A stretch of DNA of 64,000 nt, from the IMG/VR virus record IMGVR_UViG_3300036719_002413; one strand, 5' to 3'. Position 1 is the first letter of the stretch, and each line of letters starts with the position of its first letter. Positions 1 to 8,500 of this stretch are shown piece by piece. Made by a program: the position numbers and the translations under genes. The notes under the pieces are model-generated. The model was not told the origin of the DNA. It saw only the letters and a program-made list of their open reading frames with translations, and ran no database searches. This stretch comes from an uncultured virus (IMG/VR IMGVR_UViG_3300036719_002413) (lineage: Duplodnaviria > Heunggongvirae > Uroviricota > Caudoviricetes).

Positions 1-2
1 AT

Positions 3-404
3 TTCACTGTACATAGGTCTCACTTAGAATGTAAGTACAATACATCAGCTATCTATTTAAATTTATCTGGTGGTGGTAAAGCTACTGTTGATGGTATCTA
101 TTCTCAATACGATAATACTTTAGTACATGTTGATGATAACTTAACTAATAGTAAAGTTACTATTAGTAATATAGAATCTGTGACATCTAATACAGTATTT
201 AGGGATGATAGGATAGGTTCAGGTGGTAGCGGTGAATCTAGTACATTCTGGTACTTCGATCGTGTAATGTCAATAGACCCTGCAGATTCTTCAAACTGGT
301 TTACTGGAGCATTACCTGGTGGCGTTGTATCAGTTATACAAGCTGCAGGATCATCCCCATCAAACCGCGCATACATATTTAGACCATTTAGCTCAGCTTC
401 ATAA
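3..404 (+). CDS. C-terminal part of a 5'-truncated tail fibre/spike-like protein
   Basis: Frame 3 is open from position 3 to TAA at 402-404, extending the 180..404 ORF. The product is rich in Ser/Thr/Gly/Asn with beta-strand character. A TAATG overlap joins it to the next gene. Confidence 0.5.
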   Translation, partial: FTVHRSHLECKYNTSAIYLNLSGGGKATVDGIYSQYDNTLVHVDDNLTNSKVTISNIESVTSNTVFRDDRIGSGGSGESSTFWYFDRVMSIDPADSSNWFTGALPGGVVSVIQAAGSSPSNRAYIFRPFSSAS

Positions 405-943
405 TGAATACTTATTATATTCCTGAAGGAGATCATTACTCCTCTTTAATTCCAGCAATACCTCAAATACCAACACCCCCAGGATTTCATAATGGGGCTA
501 CTTTAATGACTGGTAAATTTAATATAACCAGCTCGTGTAAATATGATTTCTCAAATGTTAAACCCTGTGTAAATGATACTAATAAACTATGTGGTATAGG
601 TTATGGTATATGGCCTAACTCACACCATATTTGGTCTATTAGGATTGGGTGGCGTGTAAATAGTACTGGTAAATTAATACTTAACTTATATGCCTACGTA
701 GATGGTAAAAGGGTAGTAGTTAATGTTGGTACTGGTAGAAGCTTTAACTTTGATACTGAGTACGAGTTCTCAATTAAAAACGACTTATTAAATAAGTTAG
801 CAGTTGTTACTATTAATGGTCTTACAGTTAGTATACCATTCTCTAAAAGCCCTACAGCGGGTTATGTCTTAAAACCATACTTTGGTGGTGATTGTGATGC
901 ACCACAAGATATGTATATTAAATTAGTTTATAATGTATCATGA
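404..943 (+). CDS. hypothetical beta-sandwich (ConA/LamG-like) protein
   Basis: 179-aa ORF coupled to both neighbours (TAATG, ATGA). It shows an alternating beta-strand pattern; the fold call is a guess. Confidence 0.5.
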   Translation: MNTYYIPEGDHYSSLIPAIPQIPTPPGFHNGATLMTGKFNITSSCKYDFSNVKPCVNDTNKLCGIGYGIWPNSHHIWSIRIGWRVNSTGKLILNLYAYVDGKRVVVNVGTGRSFNFDTEYEFSIKNDLLNKLAVVTINGLTVSIPFSKSPTAGYVLKPYFGGDCDAPQDMYIKLVYNVS

Positions 944-1191
944 GCCAAGTTAGTATAGATATGTCTTCATTTCAAGGATTAATATCAAGTGTAATATTTA
1001 TTACGCTAGCACAGGTTTTTGCTGTTATGTCTTTCTTATCTGTCCTTCAGGGGATATCATACTTCATGGCTATATTAATAGCTGTTGATACCTTAACTGG
1101 TAATCCCATTAAAAGTTGGGCTACTAAGTTAATTAAAAAGTTTAAACATGCACGTAACAAAAGTAAGTCAACAGGGCCTAAATCTAATTAA
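940..1191 (+). CDS. small membrane protein, holin/antiholin candidate
   Basis: About 40 hydrophobic residues followed by a basic C-terminal tail; lies directly upstream of the endolysin. Confidence 0.5.
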   Translation: MSQVSIDMSSFQGLISSVIFITLAQVFAVMSFLSVLQGISYFMAILIAVDTLTGNPIKSWATKLIKKFKHARNKSKSTGPKSN

Positions 1192-1603
1192 ATATTTAGA
1201 AGGCTTTAGATCTAAACCATACTTATGTGAGGCAGGTGTGCCTACTATTGGTTATGGCTTTACTAGGTACCCTAATGGTAAAAGAGTTACTTTACAAGAT
1301 ACTCCTATAACAGAGGAGTGGGCTGAGGTAATGCTTTTAAAACTATTAGATCATTATGAAAGTGGTGTAGACTCTTTAACTGTAGATACATTAACTCAGA
1401 ATCAATTTGATGCTTTAGTATCATTTGCTTTTAATGTTGGTTTAACTAACTATAAGAACTCTACGCTAGCTAGAATGGTTAATAAGAATCCAAATGATCC
1501 AGCTATAGCTGCGCAGTTTGGTAGGTGGAAATATGCTGATGGTAAGGTCAGTAGAGTATTATTAAGAAGAAGAAAATTAGAAACAGAATTATATTTTAGG
1601 TAA
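1148..1603 (+). CDS. endolysin, GH24 (T4/P22-like) lysozyme
   Basis: Motifs LIKYLEG...Y.C.AGVPTIGYG (catalytic E...T), QNQFDALVSFAFNVG, STL and L.RRR..E..LY. Confidence 0.92.
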   Translation: MHVTKVSQQGLNLIKYLEGFRSKPYLCEAGVPTIGYGFTRYPNGKRVTLQDTPITEEWAEVMLLKLLDHYESGVDSLTVDTLTQNQFDALVSFAFNVGLTNYKNSTLARMVNKNPNDPAIAAQFGRWKYADGKVSRVLLRRRKLETELYFR

Positions 1604-1950
1604 TGAAATTAATAAGGTGGTTTAAGAAAACTTTTGAATATCGCGGAAAACCTTCCGCTAGGAAAGTTACTGTCTTTACCGCCTTTGTACAATTTAATGT
1701 TGGGTATATCGTCCACCTCTATACTGGGGTAGCCATACAAGAGATCTTCTTGTATATCCTAGCAACTATAATATTATTAGGTTTAGGGTTCTTAACTGCA
1801 GAGAACCTAGTAGATATAATTAAAGGTAGATTTGGTGCAGGAGCTACATTTTTTGGAGATTATGAACAAGACATTGATATTAATAAGCGCAATAGGATTA
1901 ACAATCCTGACCTCATGCAGGACGATCCCAACAAGATGGGAGAAGGTTAA
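1603..1950 (+). CDS. holin-like membrane protein
   Basis: Two hydrophobic segments with charged termini, located between the endolysin and the spanin; TAATG coupling. Confidence 0.55.
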   Translation: MKLIRWFKKTFEYRGKPSARKVTVFTAFVQFNVGYIVHLYTGVAIQEIFLYILATIILLGLGFLTAENLVDIIKGRFGAGATFFGDYEQDIDINKRNRINNPDLMQDDPNKMGEG

Positions 1951-2350
1951 TTACGTAAGTAAGGATACTGTAATCTATAATACTTCGTACAAGGATACAA
2001 CTATCTATATACCAGAGGTTATAGCCTCTATAGATGGTGTAGCGGTTAGTGTGGATTCCTTAGGTAAAGCACAATTAGATGAAGTACAAGTACGTAATGA
2101 TCGTTCTAAGGTTGAGGTTAAGATAGTTGATGGTAAGCTTACAGCTAAGAGTATATGTGCTGAAGATAGCTTAAAGCTATTATTACAACAAAGGGATACT
2201 TACATAACATCTCTAAAGAATAATGATAAAGAGAAAGTAGAAGTTAAGACTGAGAAACCTGTTAAATCTTGGTATAATATATTAGCTTTACTCGGTGCTT
2301 TCACTGTTGGATTTGTTGTTTCAAGACTCATGAAAATTTTTTCTAACTGA
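1862..2350 (+). CDS. unimolecular spanin (N-terminal lipoprotein signal plus C-terminal TM helix)
   Basis: Starting at ATG 1862 the protein reads MNKTLILISAIGLTILTS-C (lipobox) and ends in a TM segment WYNILALLGAFTVGFVV. It sits in the lysis cassette. Confidence 0.75.
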   Translation: MNKTLILISAIGLTILTSCRTIPTRWEKVNYVSKDTVIYNTSYKDTTIYIPEVIASIDGVAVSVDSLGKAQLDEVQVRNDRSKVEVKIVDGKLTAKSICAEDSLKLLLQQRDTYITSLKNNDKEKVEVKTEKPVKSWYNILALLGAFTVGFVVSRLMKIFSN

Positions 2351-2374
2351 CAATCAACTAATTAGAAAAAAACA

Positions 2375-2406
2375 TTTGGATTTTCAATAATTAGTTATTA
2401 TCTTTG
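2375..2406 (+). promoter_or_regulatory. Bacteroidetes primary-sigma promoter (-33 TTTG / -7 TAnnTTTG)
   Basis: TTTG at 2375-2378, a 20-nt spacer, then TATCTTTG at 2399-2406, in the intergenic gap 20 nt upstream of ATG 2427. Confidence 0.75.
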
Positions 2407-2426
2407 TAGTAAACAAAATTAAAACC

Positions 2427-3503
2427 ATGAGAAATAGAGAAACAAAACAACAAGTATTGAGGGATTGGCTAATCAGCCACCCAGGACATTTAAAGACTTC
2501 TTACGCTAAACTAGCTGATAGATTTAGCTTATCATACGAAGATGTTCGAGATATTATTAAAGAAGTAAAGGACTACTTTAAAAGAGGAGAACTCTTAGAT
2601 AGAGGTAGTTCAAATTATAATAACTTTATTAGCAGCAACAGAAAAGTTGTAAAAGTAAGATTAGATTCAAATACACCAATACCAGTAGTTAAGTTTAGAA
2701 CTGGTAATGCTCAAGAGGATAGAGAGTTGAACTTACAACTCCTCAATCAACTACTTCAGATGGGTGTATTTGATGAGCAAAATGATGCTATTAAAGTTGA
2801 TCTGCAGGAAGAGAAGATTGAACCATTTCTAACGGGCGATAAGAATAACGTATTGGTCATTGGAGATACCCACATACCTTTTGAAAGGAAAGGGTATTTA
2901 AAGTTCTGCAGAGAAGTTCAAGAAAGATTTAATTGTGGTACAGTAGTACATATTGGTGATGTAGTTGATAATAACTACTCATCATATCATGAGACTAATC
3001 CTGATGGTCATTCAGCTGGTGATGAACTAGCTTTAGCTATCAGTAAATTAAAGTCTTGGTACTATACATTCCCTGAAGCACATGTTTGCTTAGGAAACCA
3101 CGATCAGATAATTCAACGTAAGGCATTTACCTCAGGTATGTCTAAGCGTTGGATCAAAGGATTAGCAGAGGTACTTGAAGTACCTAATTGGAAATTCGAT
3201 CTCGAACACCAGATTCAAGGTGTTATCTATACTCATGGTACTGGGACTTCAGGTGATAGGGCCGCTTTTAATAGAGCTTTAAATCGCAGATTATCTGTGG
3301 TTAGTGGGCACTTACATACTACAGCGTCTATCACCTGGAACGTCTCTGAGATAGATCGGATATTCGCAATGCAAGTAGGATGTGGTATTGATGATGCGCA
3401 ATACAGTTTTGATTACGCTAAAGCTTTTAGTAAAAAATCAATTGTATCATGCGGAGTAGTATTAAATGGAAAATTACCTATAGTAGTTCCAATGGAACTA
3501 TAA
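2427..3503 (+). CDS. calcineurin-like metallophosphoesterase with N-terminal HTH-like region
   Basis: Motifs GDTHIP, HIGDVVD, LGNHD, THG and SGHLH in the canonical order. Confidence 0.88.
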   Translation: MRNRETKQQVLRDWLISHPGHLKTSYAKLADRFSLSYEDVRDIIKEVKDYFKRGELLDRGSSNYNNFISSNRKVVKVRLDSNTPIPVVKFRTGNAQEDRELNLQLLNQLLQMGVFDEQNDAIKVDLQEEKIEPFLTGDKNNVLVIGDTHIPFERKGYLKFCREVQERFNCGTVVHIGDVVDNNYSSYHETNPDGHSAGDELALAISKLKSWYYTFPEAHVCLGNHDQIIQRKAFTSGMSKRWIKGLAEVLEVPNWKFDLEHQIQGVIYTHGTGTSGDRAAFNRALNRRLSVVSGHLHTTASITWNVSEIDRIFAMQVGCGIDDAQYSFDYAKAFSKKSIVSCGVVLNGKLPIVVPMEL

Positions 3504-3572
3504 ATCATTGGATAGGAGATCCCTTTGAATGGGATGATGATCTTTTTTCAGATCCTTATTATAAAAATATAA

Positions 3573-4265
3573 ATGACTACATTAAATCAAATAATATACG
3601 ACTTAAGAAATATACTAAGAGGAGGGGCTTTAGTAAGTGACGATGATCCAATCAGCGATAGACAGTTGGAATTCTGGGTGCACTCTACTAGAGCCACTCT
3701 CATTCGTAGGCAGATCGATAAAGGTCAAACCTTAAGTGAGAATATAATACAATCACTACCATGTGTAGAGGTTGAGCAAGTAGATGCATCTGAGAACCCT
3801 GAACTTATATCAGGGTGTTACTTGGTTAAAACTAAGTTACGTGTACCTAAGTTTATTGAATCTGCTGAAGAGGATATGTTACTTAAGGTTAGTACACCTA
3901 AATTAGGTTCTATACCTTATTCAATATTTCCTGTAGCAGCTATGCCTTATGTGAACTATAATAAGTTTGGTAAGCATACTGTTAAGGCCTTTTTAAAGGA
4001 GGGTTATTTATACTTAATGAATACCCCATTTATTGAACATATAAATATTACTGGAGTATTTGAAGACCCTAAGGAGCTAGCACAATTTAATGATTGTTCT
4101 AATGCTCCTTGCTTCACTTCTGATAGTCCCTATCCTATATCTAATCAAATGTTAGATACATTAAAAAGGTTAATCATAGATACTCACTTTAAGTTCTTAC
4201 AGAAACCTCTTAGTGATAATACTAACAATGCGCAGAATAATTTAGAGGAGCAACAGGCTAAGTAA
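3573..4265 (+). CDS. tail ring/tubular protein (crAss-like)
   Basis: Position ahead of the IHF-like and muzzle genes, plus resemblance to crAss-type ring proteins (GVFEDP, YPIS..M). Confidence 0.55.
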   Translation: MTTLNQIIYDLRNILRGGALVSDDDPISDRQLEFWVHSTRATLIRRQIDKGQTLSENIIQSLPCVEVEQVDASENPELISGCYLVKTKLRVPKFIESAEEDMLLKVSTPKLGSIPYSIFPVAAMPYVNYNKFGKHTVKAFLKEGYLYLMNTPFIEHINITGVFEDPKELAQFNDCSNAPCFTSDSPYPISNQMLDTLKRLIIDTHFKFLQKPLSDNTNNAQNNLEEQQAK

Positions 4266-4774
4266 TGAAAGTATTAAGTAGGAAAGGTAAACCAAACAAA
4301 GTAGTTTCAGACTACACACTAAATGATGTGTATAAGAACTATATTAAACTTTTTGATTTCCCTAAGACAAGTGGAAAATATTTAGGTAACTCAGAAGTAC
4401 AACCAGTTAGTAAATCTGTTTTTAGAGCTGTTAACATGCGTTTGTACTCCTTAATGTTTGAAGCTATACTGCTTAAATCTTATACTGTTGTACTCCCATT
4501 TAAACTAGGAGAGCTTAGAGTACAGAAGAAGGAAATGCCTATTAGCTTACTTAAGACTAAGGGAAAACTTAAGATGGACTACAAATACTGGAGAGAAACT
4601 GGTAAGCTTAAATATCATTTAAATGAGCATAGGAACTATTTTAGATATAAGTTATATTGGGCATTTGCTGATGTATCTAATATCAGATCTTACAGGCTTG
4701 AGCCAATTAGACATTGGCATAGAAAACTAGCCAATATATTACAAACAAATCATTCTATAGACTATTTCGAATAA
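4265..4774 (+). CDS. IHF/HU-like basic protein of the crAss tail module
   Basis: Basic 169-aa protein with an IHF-like LPFKLGELRVQK segment; synteny matches crAss-like tail modules. Confidence 0.55.
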   Translation: MKVLSRKGKPNKVVSDYTLNDVYKNYIKLFDFPKTSGKYLGNSEVQPVSKSVFRAVNMRLYSLMFEAILLKSYTVVLPFKLGELRVQKKEMPISLLKTKGKLKMDYKYWRETGKLKYHLNEHRNYFRYKLYWAFADVSNIRSYRLEPIRHWHRKLANILQTNHSIDYFE

Positions 4775-5583
4775 TGCAGTTATACAAATACACTTCTTTA
4801 AAAGAAGTAATATTAAAAATATATAGGGACTCAGGTGCCGATCGTGATTTAAATATTGATGATCTAGCATACTGGGCCTATGAAGCTTTAGAGGGTGTAG
4901 CTTCCCCGCTAGTATATGAGTCTAAGATATACGGTCATAAGGAAGATGAGACATGGGACTTTGATGGGTTTAAAATTAAATTACCTAGTGACTTCCATAA
5001 GCTAAGAGCATTATCAGTAGATGGTATTACAGCTATTCCTTCAACTAATACTTACCATGAAATGTTAGATGGTACTTGTTGTGGTTGGGATAGTGTTAGT
5101 AGCTCAGCTATAGAAACATACTATGATAACTTTGGTAATGCGTTCTCGCCTTCAGCTGAACCTATTACCCCACCAACAAAGCAAGGATTAGAACCTATCA
5201 CATTTAACATAACTAATAATCATATTACATTCAATGTTAAGTCTGGTAAAGCTTGTATGGCTTACTGGGCTTTCCCTATTGATGATGAGGGTTTCCCTAA
5301 AGTACCAGATGAGTATGTAATCAAACAAGCTGTGTCAGCATACATTTTAGAGCGCTTAGACTGGAGATTATTTAGAAAAGGTATTATCAGTGGTGATGTT
5401 TATAAAGTATCATTACGTGAACGTAATTGGGCTATGGCTGCAGCTTACGCTTTAGCTAGAACTCCAGATGAACATCAGATGGAGACTATGAAGAATATAT
5501 CATTGAAGATGGTTGTCCGTAAGGATGAGTATCTATCAGCATTTAGAAATTTAGGTAAACAAGGACAGAGAGGTAGATATTAA
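4774..5583 (+). CDS. tail tubular/ring protein (crAss-like)
   Basis: Motif Y.AFPID.EGFP.VPD; lies directly upstream of the muzzle protein. Confidence 0.6.
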   Translation: MQLYKYTSLKEVILKIYRDSGADRDLNIDDLAYWAYEALEGVASPLVYESKIYGHKEDETWDFDGFKIKLPSDFHKLRALSVDGITAIPSTNTYHEMLDGTCCGWDSVSSSAIETYYDNFGNAFSPSAEPITPPTKQGLEPITFNITNNHITFNVKSGKACMAYWAFPIDDEGFPKVPDEYVIKQAVSAYILERLDWRLFRKGIISGDVYKVSLRERNWAMAAAYALARTPDEHQMETMKNISLKMVVRKDEYLSAFRNLGKQGQRGRY

Positions 5584-8500
5584 TGTTAATACCATTAAAA
5601 AATAATTTAGGTGGGAATATGAATCAGGATATTTCTAAGGCTCTGTTAAAACCAGACTTAGTATATAATTCTGAGAATTTCCGTGTAGTTACTACTAATG
5701 GTGCTACAACATTATCACGTACTAACATTCGTGGTAATAAGTTTGATTCAGTTATTCCAGATATTAATTCTGTTTCTAAGATAGAAATTAACACTGAGTA
5801 CTTATCACACTTATCACTTGGTAGTATATATTCTATCGTAGTAAATATTGATGGTACAAATTTACCTGCTTATCAATTTACTTATACTTCCCTAGCTGAC
5901 TTATTAACTGGATTAACCTCTCATATAAACTCAAGCTTTGGTACTACTGTAGCTACTAGCTATACTGATAGTATTCATATATCCTCATCTGCTGTAACTA
6001 ATGTATCTATAACTAGCTTTACATTTGTTAGTGGTGGTACTGGTTTAGTTAACTACAATCAGTACTTAACATTACCTAGAGTTGCTGGTGCTAATACTTT
6101 AAATTCATGGGTTGCTACTGATAGTGGTGGTGCTGGTATTGCTTATAGTAATCACCCTACATTTGTTAACATAGGGGGTCTAATGCAGTGGGTAGCTAAT
6201 ACTGAAATAAGTAATGGTCCTGCTTCATGGCATGAGGTTACACAAACAATACCTAAGACATTACCAACTGGTAATTACACTATAAATTTAAAGTACAAGA
6301 CTGGGGCTATACAAAACACTACAGCTTATATATCATTAGATTTAGGTGGGGTTACTCCAATGTCTTATGCTCTTAGTGGTGGTCAAGATTATAGTGGTGT
6401 AGCTGGTGCCTCAGTTAGAACAATAACAACACCTATCACCCCTACTAATAATGATATAACTATTAGATTAGATTTCACACCTACTTCAATTACTCCTCCA
6501 CCTACTACAGCTGCTGTAGTTTGGATTGTTGGTGTAGACTTGTACGGTCCTGGGATGTATAGTCAAATCTTTAATGTTACTAATAACTACATTTCTGGTG
6601 TAGCTAGTGCGCAGATAATTGGTTGGGTTACATTAAGAGATGATATTTATTTATTTACAACCTCATGTACAGATCCTGATCCAGGTGGTGTAGATCCAAT
6701 TAGTAATGGTCAGATATGGAAGTTTACTTATGATAGAACTGCTGACCCCAATGTAAATATAAATTCAACATTAACTCTAATATACAATAGTGAGTTAAAT
6801 TTTAGTACACAACATCCAATATTAAATCTTGGTAGAGTTGAAGCCAGGTATGAGAATGAAAACATTCAAAAGATATACTGGACGGATAATTTTAATCCTC
6901 CTAGATATATTAATGTCGCAGATCCCAATGTAGCTAGTTTAGCTCCCTCACAATTACTTTTAACACCAGCAATTGACTTTGATGTGTTAAACTTAACAGG
7001 TATCGTTAAAGGCGGTAATTTGAAGTCAGGGATGTATCAGTATGCATATAGGTTAAAGCGTAACAATGGTGCAGAGACTAGGTTCTCTATGCCATCAATA
7101 TTAGTACCATTAACAGTACAGGATGAGTCTACCACAAATTGGATAGACTATTATGCTGTAGATGCTGGGGTAACTGTTGATAAATCTATTCAATTAGAAG
7201 TATCTAATATAGATACAAACTTTGATAGAATTGAGATAGCCTTCATTTACTATGGTACTAAGAATACAGCACCTGAGATTAAAGTAATTTCAGATAATGT
7301 TATTACAGGATCTACAATGACTTTCCTACATACTGGGGAAGAAGATTCTGATTACCCAATTAGTATAGATGAGCTTACAGCTTTCTCAACTAATATTGTT
7401 AGAGCTAAAGCTATGGCTACTAAGAACAATATATTATTCCTATCTAATGTTAGGACTAATACTTTTGATGTAGACTATGATTCAAGAGCTTATAGGTTTC
7501 CTTTAAACTCTACTACCACTACCTTATATGATGCACAAGGTACACCATACACTTTAACTAAGTCTGGTAATACTTGGCAGATCACTGCTATAAATGGTTC
7601 AGCTGTAACACCTTATGATGTACCTGAGACATTTGATGCTATACAAGACTATGGTAATCAATCACCATTAAGTACTAATAACTTATTATACAAACCAGGT
7701 TCTGTATCAGCTAGTACCCTAACTAACCTAGGAGGTCAAGGACCAAATGTTAGTTATGAGTTTTCTAGCTTTCCTATATTAGCAGATGAGAAACAAATAG
7801 GTAATAGCTTTTCACCAGGATCATATAATGGAGCTCCTTATAGGAATATAATTACAAAGACTAATACTATTATATCATTAGGTGATAGAGATCATACTAA
7901 TGGTAATTTTTATGATTGTTTTGTTTCACCATTCTATGCACCATTAATGGCTGGCTATCAGCGTGATGAGATGTATAGATTTGCTGTTGTATTCTTTGAT
8001 GATCTTGGTAATCCTAGCTTCCCTAAATGGATAGCTGATATACGTGTACCACATGTGTACATGCCTAATGGTACAGCTAAACATCAAAGATTCTTAGCAT
8101 ACCCATTAGCTACTTATGATTCTACTAATGTGAAAGCTTATACAAATCAAATGTATTTGAAGTTTTCATTAAGTAATATACCAACTGAAGCTACTGGGTT
8201 TCAGATAGTAGTAGTACCTAGGACTGATAATGATAAACATATTGTTGGTCAAGGTGTATTTAACTTTGCTCAGAAAGATTACTCATCAGTAATAAGTGGT
8301 ACAGCATTTTACTTATCACATGACTCTGCTACAGGTTTAGGTGGTAGTAATTATTACCCAGTTAACCTTAGGTCCGATTCTTTATTATGGCATAATGTAG
8401 GATCAATTAAATCTCCAGACTTTGACTTTAGAGGATTCCCAGGATTTCAAACTGGTGATTCAATAGACTTCGTTGGTATCTTGGGTACCAATCAAAATAG

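Noticed and set aside
104..436. 110-aa minus-strand ORF
   Set aside because: It is antisense to the open + strand frame that is coupled to the next gene.
1832..1861. Upstream GTG start for the spanin
   Set aside because: The ATG at 1862 gives a clean lipoprotein signal peptide.
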